Part shown: piece by piece, positions 14,501-29,500 of the stretch
How positions within the stretch are numbered: position 1 is the stretch's first letter
Layout of the letters: each line of letters starts with the position of its first letter
From: Nemertoderma westbladi
Lineage: Eukaryota; Animalia; Xenacoelomorpha
Assembly (NCBI GenBank): GCA_032718475.1
Contig: JAUCBJ010005164.1
Coordinates: 9,064-73,063, forward strand
DNA: 64,000 nucleotides
Direction of reading: 5' to 3'
Notes under the pieces: model-generated
Seen by the model: the letters and a program-made list of their open reading frames with translations, nothing else
Database searches by the model: none
Told to the model about the DNA's origin: nothing
Program-made: the position numbers and the translations under genes

Positions 14501-17500
14501 ACGCACCTAAAATTAGCCCACCGCACCGAAAGAGAACTAAAAACATTTTATAGAAATTAAACTTACCGTCGTGACAAACGCAGTCAAAAGATCCCGGCGT
14601 ATCTATACAATCAGCGTTAACATCGCAATCATCTGTATTCTCATCACATTCGTTGATGTCTACATGATTAACATTTGTCATATAATAATATCTAACACAA
14701 TAATTATTCACACTATCATTAAAGTACAAGATATGAAATAAACTATCCATATATGAGACAGCAAATCCCATCTTGGCGAATTAATATCCCGCCTCAATGT
14801 TAAATTCTCAATTTAGAGAAAGGAGCAGGTTACAGAGGCACGTTATTTTAACCAAAACAATAAACTAAACACAATAGAACAGGTAACAGTTATATTTTTG
14901 GTAGTAATCAGCTGTTATTTGCGTCGAATTTCCCCTGGAGAGGGATGCATTTTTTTGCGCCGAAAGACCCCCCGTATCTGCCATCTATCTACACACTAAC
15001 TTTCGCAGCTGTAAGGATCCACGCGTCTGTAACCAGGGAGACAGTCGCACTCATACGACCCCTCTGTGTTGATACACGTAGTGCTAGAAGCATCGCAGTT
15101 GTCACTGCCGTCAGCGCATTCGTCGACATCTGAGAAATATAAAGAAATAAAGTATAGGCCTATACTGCTATACTTGTTGGAGTTCATGGGAGGTAACCAA
15201 GATGCAGTAATCAACCGGTAAGCAACTACATGGGATTCAGGAAATCTATTGCCCCTTCCGGCACTCATTGAATAAATGTAGAAAACAAATAATAATTCTC
15301 TTTAAAAACAAAATAAACGTTGAGGAATCTACTTGACTATTTAATGCAGAACTACAGTATTATTAAATAAGGTTAACATTACCAGTACAGGTGACTCCGT
15401 CTCCTTCATATCCGGCCTTACAAACACACGTGTATCCACCAGGGGTGTTTTCGCAATTAGCATTGATGTCGCAGTCATGTGTCCCATCATTACATTCGTT
15501 GTCATCTGAATATTATGTATAGAAAAATAAATATCAAATATTTTACATTTAACATTTCACCTCTAATAAATGTTACATATTATATTAAATAAATATAAAA
15601 GAAAGGAAATATGAAATATATGCCACTAATTAATATTGTATATTTGGTAAATAATAATTAATAATTTAATAATTCTATAAGAATTTGAATCTAAAATTAT
15701 TTAGTAAAAAATAATTATTTTCTGTTTATACGACCCGTAATAGTAAGGGAAGTCGTACCTTCACAGGAAACTCCATCTCCAGAATATCCATCATTACATT
15801 CACAACTAAATCCTCCAGGGAAGTTGGTGCAGGTCGCATGGGCGTGGCAGTTGTTGGTACCATCCAAGCACTCGTCATCGTCTGAAAAAAGAAACGAATT
15901 ATAACCAGTTTGTTTTACGAATAAACTACAGTTAAGTGATTCAACGATAAAACTTGTATTTCTTTTGTCTTTATTAAGAAGAATGCGAAATGAAACTTAT
16001 TGACTGGCCTCCGTTGAATTAACTCTGTTCGTTCAAAGCCAGAAGGTTACCATAGCAAAAGGTTTAGAACAGGCTGATCCTTATATACGTGGCATTGTGG
16101 TATATGTTTCATCAGTTTATAAGCTCTTTATCGATGACCCGCGATATTTTTTATATAAACAAGATCTTTATAACATCTTTGTTTTCGATATGTTCTTACA
16201 TTTATTATACGAACTTTTCAAGGGGTTTCGTTACTTCGAATGATAAGTTTATTTTACGGAAAATAACTTTGTATAATAATGGCGCAATAATTGTAGGACT
16301 AACCCCTTCACGTGCTTGTTTCTTAACCGGGTAGTGTATAATTTCTTTAATGTAAAATAAATATATCTCACATCTCTCCAAAACACAAACACGTTTCAAC
16401 TTCACTGAGTATCTTCAGCGTGTTGCCTGATTGGAACCTGTGACTCATCGCTTTGGAAGCCGAGTCACCCACGCTACGCCACAAGATCTATATAGAAGAT
16501 GTGGAGTATGGCACTGCTCGCTTAACAAGTACGCACGTGATGGAATTAGTACTACAAACGTGCCAATAAAAAATGAGTTAGTTTCCTTAAATGAATAATT
16601 CGGGGTTAGGACCCTCTAGAACACAACTCAGTTCCTATAATAAATGGGTAACCTTGGAGACAGCTTCTTCTAAACTATGTTAAATTTTGAGGTCCCACCA
16701 ATATATACGAATGAACACCGATGACGTCAGCCAAAATCAGCAACATATACCGCAGGTGTTCCAAGGCTTGCCAGAAATCAGCAACATATACCGCAGGTGT
16801 TCCAAGGCTTGGCAGAGTCTAACAAAAATGAGAGCAAATTGCATGTCCTTCTGCATTGTGCAGATAGTTGTACAATAACATTTTTAAGTGCCAGAGTTGG
16901 ATCCAAGTTGCGTCGTCTAGCTTTACAGAAACTTATTGATTGCTACACGAAAGACTCCCCACAGAGATATGACCAAAAAGGGAGATGACCTTTCATGGGG
17001 TTTGGCTGTAATAGTAGTTGGCAATCCTCAATAATACCTCGCCCTCAGGCGGGACTCCAATAAAAGTACCATGCTGTATTGGTTTAATTCCTTATTTTCT
17101 GTAAATCTGAGAAATCAATAAACCTCTGCATCTCTGCAAATGTTGCATCACCTATAGGGGTGCCCGAGAGTACAGTGTGGGATACAGAATGTACATAGAA
17201 TTCATCTGGCAGCACTCGGTCATTAATGATCAGTTTATCGATAAGGGCCTTACAACCCGCCAAAAGTTCACCAACAGAATCACTTTAGATACTACTTTAG
17301 GAAGGAAAGAAAAATTATTAACTTTTTGTTATTGTACTATATTTAATTTTATTCTCCATTTAATATTAGTATACGAGGCTTATTGAATAGTCACGACAAT
17401 ATATTATCTGTGGGATTTGAACATTGTGTACCTCTCTAACAACCCATTTAAACCTGAACTACTAACCTTCGCACTGTGTACCGTCACCATTGTATCCAGG

Positions 17501-20500
17501 TATGCATTCACAATGATACCCCGGTACATCGTTGATGCAGTTCGCATTAACGTCGCAGTTGTTGTTGCCATTCGCACATTCGTCTTCGTCGTCGCAAGTT
17601 CGACCATCGCCGCTAAAACCTAAGATTTCAGACAATATAATAAAAGGCGACAAGTTAAACAAATCAAGTAACAAACAATACAGATGTAGAATTGAACATC
17701 TAGTGAACTTTATTACTTCATTAACCTTTACTCCCGATTCCGGATTATCAACCTCGAAAAAACGCGCAGTAATTATTTATCATATGTCTCATCTTTCTTG
17801 GCAGTGCCGCACGACCTCGTTCTTCGAGAGGAGCTACATTGCGCGTCTAGCAGTACTATGTTGACATCATCCGCACCAGGATTCCGTCCCGCAGTCAGTT
17901 TTTCCACTCCGGGTCCGACAACGTTATGACCTCCCTATCCACCGAACCGCCATGAAGTCGGCATGTAGATACCATGAGCTGGTTATGCTCCGCCATCGGC
18001 GTAGGTTGGATGGTGTTGTTCTTACCAATTCTATGCCCCCCCCCCCGCCCTCTATCTCTATGAAATTGTTGGGGTTCTAATTGTAAGGATCTGATGCTAA
18101 AATTGTTGAATGACTCGTGGGGTTCCATCATTTTCTTACTGTGCCTTGGAGGATTGTCTACCACACATAGGACGCACTCTGATGGCATCTGTTCGGCGAC
18201 TAGTCCTTTGCTGGTGCTGAATTAAACTGACAACTAGTGTGTTACCTGAATGACTGACTCGTGATACCTGGGGAGGGACATCTGTAGACATCATTATCAT
18301 CAACGACTCGCCTTCGATATGACCTTATCCAGATAATGACCGAATTGTAATTACATTAGTATTCATATTGATTATTAATATTTTCTAAACATTTTCTAAA
18401 TATTTGCCTCCGTGGTGTAGTGCTTAGCATACCTGAACGTTTATCGGGAGACGCGGGTTCAATCCCCGCTGGTGGCGAATTCATTTTTTCCGCTCCATTT
18501 GCTATAGAGTTGGATCATCCTTAGTCCTGTTTAATTACTTATTAATATTTTCTAAATGTTTTTTAATTTCTCTGAATAATCTCTTAGAAAATCGTATATT
18601 ATTATTATTATCTTGAGGAGAGCATTATCATCGGGATTAAGTAGCCGTTTTATCGGATTCCATTATTCGTGAGATAAAATTTAAACTCTATATCTATCAG
18701 GGGCCCGGGAACGATTTTTGGCGTCGGGGTCATAGACTGATGGAAGGGTACAGGATCCTTCACTAAAACTCATGGGGCATCAATAATCATCGGCGCTCTA
18801 CATTCATTTATATATTCAAATATTACGGAAGATTTACATAATTAAATCAATCAATCCACCATCAAAATTCAGATAGATTTATATATAGTATGCCATGATG
18901 GAAATTAAACTTACCGTCGTGACAAACGCAGTCGAAAGATCCCGGCGTATCTATACAATCAGCGTTAACATCGCAATCATCTGTATTCTCATCACATTCG
19001 TCGATGTCTAAATGTTATACATTTGTCATATAATATTATCTAACAGTTTTATTAAACTATTGAATGTTTATTGAACTAACAAACTAACTAATAAACGTAC
19101 AACATTCACACTATCATTAAAGTATATGACATAAACTATCCATCTACACACTAACTTTCGCAGCTGTAAGGATCCACGCGTCTGTAACCAGGGAGACAGT
19201 CGCACTCATACGACCCCTCTGTGTTCCTACACGTAGTGCTAGAAGCATCGCAGTTGTCACTGCCGTCAGCGCATTCGTCGATATCTGAGAAATATAAACA
19301 GATAATTTATTAATAAATTATGACTAAGTTCTTTTAGGAGAATAATATTTTTTGTTTATTGTTGTTCTCGTGTTCTCAGCTTTGTGCGCCAACTCTCCCT
19401 AAACGACCAGTAGTTTAGCACAAATAACATTATCATATAAATATCAGTACTACAGTAAGATATGATGAATGCATAGGGATGACTGCATAGGGATGATTGA
19501 TTGTAATAAAACTCGCGTTAAGGCCACAATTTCTCATAAAGTGTGAATTCAGATATGATGCAACAATGGTGATGGTGGATATGGTGTTCTTGCATATATT
19601 AGTTATCTTTAATAATTAATAATAATTAATATAAATGTACTGGGATTTAATTAAAGTTATCGCTGTAGTTAATTATATTTTCATTTAAACTGAACATTAC
19701 CAGTACAGGTGACACCATCGCCTTCATAGCCAGCTTTACAGATACAAATAAATCCACCAGGGATATTTTCGCAGTTAGCATTGATGTCGCAGTTATGTGT
19801 CCCATCAGTGCATTCGTTGTCATCTGAAAGTTAAGAAAAAATAACATTAGTAATATGTGTTATTATATTTTATTATATATTATAAGTAATTTAGATGAAA
19901 GTTCAATTTTGAAAGTTATACATTTATTATAGGAAGGGATCTAGCCAACACATTGTTACTATCAATTTTGAAAGTGAAATTTGCAACTATATAATTAATA
20001 AATGAAAAGAAATGCATGTTAATATAGGGAGTGACTTTATGACCATGCCTTTAATTAGTTTTTATGTTCAGCTTTTGCGAAGCTAAGCTTTGCATATAGC
20101 TATAGAGAAAATATGAATATTTTAATGCGATATGTTACCCCTGTGAGGGGCAGGTTTATTATATTATATAAAATAGTTAAGGATTCTAAAATATCGAACT
20201 ATTACATAACACAAATATAAAATAATGCAAAAAATATCGAACTATTACATAACACAACTATAAAATAATGCAAAGAATGAGGGCATTGTAAAGGCCCATG
20301 CATAGAATGAGAACAATGAAACGGCCAAGGCCAAATGAAGGAGGATGATGGGGTGGCTGGTGGGTTATAAAAACTTATTAAGATAAGAAACAACAAAATT
20401 TTGTATTTTGTAATAGACCAAAACATAAGTTGGCGGATTAAACATGAAATAAAATATTAACATCCTTTAAAAATCAAATGAGCCGAATGACGCACTTTTA

Positions 20501-23500
20501 GTAAATAGTCTACTTACTATAATGTGATATTAACACAAAGAAATCAGCTGATTCAGTTACACAAAGAGATTCGAGGGCGCCACCAAGTGGTGTATTGTGT
20601 ACGGTATATGTTATACATTTTTAACACCACTTGGTCGGTATATAAATTGAAATATGCCCGTCATAAAATATATTGGCTCAAATGATATTTTCGCACAATA
20701 TTGTATTTATTATCATCTACGACTGTAACAATTGGAGCTAATAACTGTATTTCCGAAAATAAATGAATGAGAAATGAACAAGCGTCATTTTGAATCGATC
20801 CATAATTAATATTTTTGTTTAAAATAACCGAATGTGTTTCGGATTGTTGTAGAATACCGTACCTTCACATGAAACTCCATCTCCAGAATATCCAGGATTA
20901 CAATCACAATTAAATCCTCCCAGGGTGTTGGTACAGGTCGCGTGGGCGTGGCAGTTATTGGAACCACCGGGGGCGCATTCGTCATCGTCTGAAAGAGAAC
21001 GATAATATAAACATCTCTCATGTGTCGCACTTCTCCTTTCGGCAATATACTTTCAGTTTCAATGAATATCCACACCACTCGAACTCTCACAGTTGAATCA
21101 GTGTGTAAGCGGCAACAATGTAAACGGATGAACGAGATTAACTACTAGGACCCGATGATTGTGAATTAGTAGGTACACGTCTATAATTAGTATTAGGGGG
21201 GTGGGGGGGGGGGGGGGGGGATCATTCTTAAATATATACTTCAATTTGATTATTTTATAAGCAAAATATTAAGGAAGATTGTTAAATATTTCATTGTGAA
21301 GCTTTATTTATACCAAACTTTAAGTCAACAATCTCTGGCTGAGTGGCTGAATGGCTGAATGGCTGGATGGAGTGGCTGAATCTCTGGAAGAATGGCTGAG
21401 AAATAGCAAATTATATTACAAGATTATTCTTAAATTAAATTTTAGAGCAAAACGTGAAACTGAGATCTATGGATTTAAAAATCTATGGGACAAAATTCGA
21501 AAGTCGTCATCAATTTAGGATTATTGATTGTCTTCTTTCTGAAATATATATATGTGAAATAGCTCGACTTTAAAAAAAATTGAGCTAATCCCAAAAATAA
21601 TAATGATTCTTTATAATCCACAACCCATTTTTTTGCGAGTCTTTCATGCCAAAATTTTAAGTTAATAATATTAGCCCTTTTGAGACTCTATTGCAAAAAA
21701 TTGACGCTCAAATTGAAGAAGATCTTGCTTAAGAAGATAATGTTTACTCGTGCTGCGCGAACGCTTATGCCATGCCAAATATCAAAATATCATATCTGAG
21801 TTTCCATTGAAATATGAATTAATTTAAGAATATATACCAATAATTCTTGTGAAATCGTTTGCCCTTACCCATTCTCTGGGTCCCATATTGAGCTGCACAA
21901 TCTCCTGCGAGAAATTCGACTATCCATCACGTTGTAACAGATAGCACGAGTTTGCAAAAAGATACAACAAAACGGCTTGCAAATTAAAGATCTCCATTAC
22001 ATTCTGCACAAGAAACACAGGGGAGTTTACCCCCGTGGTTGTGTTTGGATGCCTCTTTGGTTACCGTTTTACTAAATTACATAAATAAAAGTGAACCTAC
22101 CCTCGCAGCTGCCATCAGCGAGAGCGTGGAACCCTGGCGGGCAGTCAGTGCTGCATATGTTACACGTTGTCTTACAATGTTCGCGCCATGGATTGTCTGT
22201 ACAGAATGATGCAACCTCAGCCATAAACGCGCATTTTGGGGGGTCATCATCCGGTTGAATTACGCAAACTGGAAATACAACGATATAATGGCAATCTATA
22301 TCATTAATAGTCTATCAGCATGTGTGAAAGAAGTACAGTATTTAAAAAATATTGTATAAGATTAATTTAAATTAATTAAAATACAGTAATAGTTCATATA
22401 TTGTCGCAAATACGTAATTGTACGTACAGTCTTTAGTTTGTCCACTCAACGCCGTGCGTTATTAATACACAAATAAGATAATTGCAAATAATTATTAATT
22501 TGCACCTAAAATTACATCAAGACGATGGAAGTGAACAGGTCGCTCAATCTGGTCTATATTTCATTATTTTAGAATTAAGTTAAAACATTTTCATGTACAT
22601 TAAGGTGAGCTGAGAGGTAAACAAACAAGTAGATAGCCTGTAGATATGAATAATCCCTTGCAATTAGTTTGTTGTACATTGTAGAACTACATACATCGCG
22701 CGCGGTACATCGTGTGGTACACAATATAGCTGAAAGCGACTGACTAACCTTCACAGTTCGCGACTCCGTCTCCAAAGTAACCATCACTACATTGGCAATG
22801 GTAACCGGGTTCGTCGTTGATACAATCGGCAAACTGGTGGCAGTTATCGGTGCCCTCAGCGCACTCATCTACGTCATCGCAGGTGACGCCGTCACCTTGG
22901 TAACCTGTGGAGAAAACGAGAGAGTCACTCAGGGATCCGTTTAGCAGACAGCTCGGTATCCTATGGAGAATACGAGAGAGTCACTCAGGGATCCGTTTAG
23001 CAGACAGCTCGGTATCCTATGGATAAAACGAGAGAGTCACTCAGGGATCCGTTTAGCAGGCAAGAGAGACACTCAGGGATCCGTTTAGCAGACAGCTCGC
23101 TATCCTATGGAGAAAACTAGAGAGTCACTCATGGATCCGTTTAGCAGACAGCTCGGTATCCTATGGAGGAAACGAGAGAGTCACTCAGGGATCCGTTTAG
23201 CAGACAGCTCGGTATCCTATGGATAAAACGAGAGAGTCACTCAGTGATCCGTTTAGCAGACAGCCCGGTATCCTATGGAGGTAACGAGAGAGTCACTCAG
23301 GGATCCGTTTAGCAGACAGCTCGGTATCCTATGGAGGAAACGAGAGAGTCTCTCAGGGATCCGTTTAGCAGACAGCTCGGTATCCTATGGAGGAAACGAG
23401 AGCGTCACTCCGGGATCCGTTTAGCAGACAACTCGGTATCCTATGGATAAAACGAGAGAGTCACTCAGGGATCCGTATAGCAGACAGCTCGGTATCCTAT

Positions 23501-26500
23501 GGAGGAAACGAGAGAGTCAATCAGGGATCCGTTTAGCAGACAACTCGGTATCCTATGGATAAAACCAGAGAGTCACTCAGGGATCCGTTTAGCAGGCGAG
23601 GGAGTCACTCAGGGATCCGTTTAGCAGACAACTCGGTATCCTTGTATCCTATGGATAAAACGAGAGAGTCACTCAGGGATCCGTTTAGCAGACAGCTCGG
23701 TATCCTATGGAGGAAACGAGAGAGTCACTCAGGGATCCGTTTAGCAGACAGCTCGGTATCCTATGGATAAAACATGAGTCACTCAGGGATCCATTTAGCA
23801 GACAACTCGGTATCCTATGGAGGAAACGAGAGAGTCACTCAGGGATCCGTTTAGCAGACAGCTCGGTATCCTATGGATAAAACGAGAGAGGTCACTCAGA
23901 GATACCATCGTTGCATTGCAACTGTTTAACATATTTCAGTCGGTATAAACTTACCTTGTCTACATGTGCATGTGAACGAGCCAGGAGTATCAGCACAGTC
24001 AGCATTGACGTCACAGTTATGTGTTCCATCGTTGCACTCATTGATATCTGCGGATAACCAGAAGTTACATCGCTATGAATATATCTGATAGGTATTATCC
24101 ATGTTACCATGTGCAACATAGGCTTTTATACAAAAATGAATATCCCACTGACATTCAACTTAAATTACAAATACAGGAGTTCGTGTTAAGATAAAATACA
24201 GGAGTTCGTTACCGAGATGATAGAATTCAGTCAGACATATTATATTTTATTAATATTTGGACTAACTTTCGCAGGATAATTGGTTAACTCGTCTGTATCC
24301 GGGAAGGCAATCACACTCGTAGCTGCCGTCAGTGTTGCGGCACGATGTGGTAGCGGAATCGCAGCCATTCGGGTTGTTACATTCATTGATATCTAAATAA
24401 GCGAATAAAATAACAATTAATAATACAAACTAGATCATTATCCATTGTAAAAATATAACTTTTGAGCCTAAAAGAAACCCATATATTTATTTCCCCAACC
24501 TTCTGACACCAATATCATACCATCCAATAGTCGTGCTCCTCCAAATACCTCGTATTATCATACTGGAGGGTTTTTTTTATCTAAGCCAATGCTGAACTCT
24601 ACCATGAAAATGACCTAATTGTATTTAATCAAAACTTTTACAACCATGGCTTAAATTCTGATCAAACCTGTGGTAAACAGTTGAGAATTTAACTTGAATC
24701 CTTCTCAGTAAGGTTCGCTCGCAACACTACATGTATACGTAATCTACCCTATAACTCAGTAAGGTTCGCTCGCAACACTACATGTATACGTAATCTACCC
24801 TATAACTCAGTAAGGTTCGCTCGCAACACTACATGTATACGTAATCTACCCTATAACTCATAAACGCTAATATCTGCGAGGCTGTTTATTTTTCTATCTC
24901 CCGCCAACTTCTAAACGCTGATAACTACAGCGAAAAAGGAATATAATATACAGTATTCATTTACAAAATATGTGACATGTGGCAAACCCAAATTATAGTA
25001 TCGCTAGGGAAAATATGTAATAATAAAAAAATATAGATATAATCGATATATCTAGATATAGATATACATATACATAAGATATAATCTATATCTATGGTCG
25101 TTAAATAAGAAATTAAAATATATAATATTAAAACAATCCACTAGTATTCGATAAAGTGAACAAACCATCACAATCCTCGCCGTTTCCAGAATATCCGGTT
25201 TTACAAACGCAGTTAAATCCTCCTGGAGTGTTGTGACAGTTGGCGTTAGGGTCACAATTGTGTGTTCCATCAGTACACTCATTGTCGTCTAAATGATAAA
25301 TACAAATATAGGCCTATATAGACGATTATAATAGTAATCATAAGTACATTTTAATGAAGATAAAGGAGAGAAAAGTGAGGAATTGACTTCACACGTAATT
25401 AACATATAAAACTTTTTCTATCCCCAGCCAGGACAATGCAGCAAGGAGAAGATACTGATATTTTATATGTTTTAACACCTACGATAATGATAGTTTAAAA
25501 TCAAGCTAAACTAAATGATATGCAATCGGTATTTTGTTCGAAAGGGAAATATAATTTATGTACTGTAGACCATAGGTAGAAGAGGTTTGCACATCGTCGG
25601 GTAAAATCCAATAGCGACCATATAGAAAACAGTAAACATGAGTTAGGTCCATTACCGGTACACCCGGTCAATATCGCCCAACAGTTACTTTCATTTCACT
25701 TTTCACTTTCATTACTGTATACTGTACCGGTGCAGCGGTACTGTAGGCCTACAGACCGTAGATAACCATAGGCCTCGTCGTTCTCTGTATGTTGAAACAG
25801 TATGTTAATAACATGCATGAATGAACCGGTACGTGTCAATATTTAATTGGTAATTTCAATGTAACAAATAAATGTAATAAATACAATGTTCTAGAACATT
25901 GTGTTTATCTATGAATAGCTACGCGATAGCGATATTGTAAAACCATATCGTTGTTGCCCACAAACTCATAATATAAATAACTCATAGAATTTTGCGTATT
26001 TATTAAATAGAATAAATGGCTTACAGCGAATGATAATTCTTGAAATGTTTGAACGAATCTTTGAATAGGTTCCACCTTGGTGTAGTGGTTGTATTGAATT
26101 CACATCTCCCGTAGGTCGTGAGTTCGATCCTCACATGGGCCAGGGCAGTTTTCGTTTCGGCACGAATGCTATAAAGGGACCAGCCAGGGCGCACCTCTGC
26201 TGCCTTTCCTCCTTAAGTGGTAGCTAAATGAGTACTGGAGTTTCCGCTGGGGAGTAAAGTTCTGGGGGAACCGGACTGGAAATAAGTCGTCAGACTTTGT
26301 GCGTAATCCCTGGCCTAACGGCCGAAGAAAATTTACTTTTACTTTACTTTAACGCCTATATATCAGCTGTTTCTCAACGGAATCACCTATTACTTTAATA
26401 TATATTTCATTATTCCAACGACTGGTTCATCAATTTCGCAATGCTTCGATTTTATAATAACTTTCATACAGTACCTGTACATGTGACTCCATCTCCTGAA

Positions 26501-29500
26501 TATCCATCATTACATTCACAACTAAATCCTCCGGGGGTGTTTGTACAGGTTGCTTGGGCGTGGCAATTATGGGTCCCAGCAACGCATTCGTTGTCGTCTG
26601 CGAAAAATTAATTATTTTATCTAATTAATAATGAAACAAATTAATTTAAAACACTACCAGAGGCACTTATGTCTAGTCTTAAAATATTATATTTTAAGTT
26701 TTCAAATTTAAGATGAATATTTAAAAAATGTGTCAAATCAAATTTTATCTTAAATATTATTTGACAATGAAATGTTTAGAAAAGCCAATTACTAATGCTA
26801 ACTAACTGCATATTATATTATTTGTACGATCTGCATTCATGAAATACATTTAAGGGAAGGGCTTATGGCAAGGATAGTGACGTGCTTCGGTATGTTACCA
26901 TACGTATTCAGTTTATTAGACCTACCGTTCCCAGAGTAACCGGAATTGCATTCACAATGCCAGCCGGGTACGTCGTTAATGCACGCAGCATTGGGGTCGC
27001 AGTTCGCTAGACCTACCTGTACAAGTGATACCGTTCCCAGAGTAACCGGGATTGCATTCACAATGCCAGCCGGGTACGTCGTTAATGCACACAGCATTGG
27101 GGTCGCAGTTCGCTAGACCTACCTGTACAAGTGATACCGTTCCCAGAGTAACCGGGATTGCATTCACAATGCAAGCCGGGTACGTCGTTAATGCACGCAG
27201 CATTGGGGTCGCAGTTCGCTAGACCTACCTGTACAAGTGATACCGTTCCCTGAGTAACCGGGATTGCATTCACAATGCCAGCCGGGTACGTCGTCAATGC
27301 ACGCAGCATTGGGGTCGCAGTTCGCTAGACCTACCTGTACAAGTGATACCGTTCCCAGAGAAACCGGGATTGCATTCACAATGCCAGCCGGGTACGTCGT
27401 TAATGCACGCAGCATTGGGGTCGCAGTTCGCTAGACCTACCTGTACAAGTGATACCGTTCCCAGAGTAACCGGGATTGCATTCACAATGCCAGCCGGGTA
27501 CGTCGTTAATTCACGCAGCATTGGGGTCGCAGTTCGCTAGACCTACCTGTACAAGTGATACCGTTCCCAGAGTAACCGGGATTGCATTCACAATGCCAGC
27601 CGGGTACGTCGTTAATGCACGCAGCATTGGGGTCGCAGTTCGCTAGACCTACCTGTACAAGTGATACCGTTCCCTGAGTAACCGGGATTGCATTCACAAT
27701 GCCAGCCGGGTACGTCGTCAATGCACGCAGCATTGGGGTCGCAGTTCGCTAGACCTACCTGTACAAGTGATACCGTTCCCAGAGTAACCGGGATTGCATT
27801 CACAATGCCAGCCGGGTACGTCGTTAATGCACGCAGCATTGGGGTCGCAGTTCGCTAGACCTACCTGTACAAGTGATACCGTTCCCAGAGTAACCGGGAT
27901 TGCATTCACAATGCCAGCCGGGTACGTCGTCAATGCACGCAGCATTGGGGTCGCAGTTCGCTAGACCTACCTGTACAAGTGATACCGTTCCCAGAGTAAC
28001 CGGGATTGCATTCACAATGCCAGCCGGGTACGTCGTTAATGCATGCAGCATTGGGGTCGCAGTTCGCTAGACCTACCTGTACAAGTGATACCGTTCCCAG
28101 AGTAACCGGGATTGCATTCACAATGCCAGCCGGGTACGTCGTCAATGCACGCAGCATTGGGGTCGCAGTTCGCTAGACCTACCTGTACAAGTGATACCGA
28201 TCCCAGAGTAACCGGGATTGCATTCACAATGCCAGCCGGGTACGTCGTTAATGCACGCAGCATTGGGGTCGCAGTTCGCTAGACCTACCTGTACAAGTGA
28301 TACCGTTCCCTGAGTAACCGGGATTGCATTCACAATGCCAGCCGGGTACGTCGTTAATGCACGCAGCATTGGGGTCGCAGTTCGCTAGACCTACCTGTAC
28401 AAGTGATACCGTTCCCTGAGTAACCGGGATTGCATTCACAATGCCAGCCAGGTACGTCGTTAATGCACGCAGCATTGGGGTCGCAGTTCGCGGCGCCGGT
28501 CAAACATTCGTTTATGTCGTCGCAGTTATTCACTCCATCGCCGGTGTATCCTAGCAACAAAATTATATTTTGTTAATCTATGATTGGACAAATAAGAATA
28601 TAAGAAATAATACAAATTTGAATTTAAAATTTCATGCCACCGAATGTTGATATTTTCATGAAACATCAGTTAGAATCCACTAATATACATGTGAACGATC
28701 CGACAGTGTCGGTACAGGCAGTATAACTTACCTTCTATGCAGGTACATTTGAACGATCCGACAGTGTCGGTACAGCAGTATAACTTACCTTCTATGCAGG
28801 TACATGTGAACGATCCGACAGTGTCGGTACAGCAGTATAACTTACCTTCTATGCAGGTACATGTGAACGATCCGACAGTGTCGGTACAGGCAGTATAACT
28901 TACCTTCTATGCAGGTACATTTGAACGATCCGACAGTGTCGGTACAGCAGTATAACTTACCTTCTATGCAGGTACATGTGAACGATCCGACAGTGTCGGT
29001 ACAGCAGTATAACTTACCTTCTATGCAGGTACATGTGAACGATCCGACAGTGTCGGTACATCAGTATAACTTACCTTCTATGCAGGTACATTTGAACGAT
29101 CCGACAGTGTCGGTACAGCAGTATAACTTACCTTCTATGCAGGTACATGTGAACGATCCGACAGTGTCGGTACAGCAGTATAACTTACCTTCTATGCAGG
29201 TACATGTGAACGATCCGACAGTGTCGGTACAGCAGTATAACTTACCTTCTATGCAGGTACATGTGAACGATCCGACAGTGTCGGTACATCAGTATAACTT
29301 ACCTTCTATGCAGGTACATGTGAACGATCCGACAGTGTCGGTACAGCAGTATAACTTACATTCTATAAAGGTACATGTGAACGATCCGACTGTGTCGGTA
29401 CATCAGTATAACTTACCTTCTATGCAGGTACATTTGAACGATCCGACTGTGTCGGTACATCAGTATAACTTACCTTCTATGCAGGTACATGTGAACGATC

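Noticed and set aside
16330-16490. Possible decayed minus-strand tRNA-SINE
   Set aside because: Only weak A/B-box resemblance; no tail or TSD identified.
17770-18300. GC-richer intronic stretch with a 97-aa ORF (similar stretch at 33790-34080)
   Set aside because: No recognisable protein motif or fitting splice phase; probably decayed transposon fragments, but not supportable.
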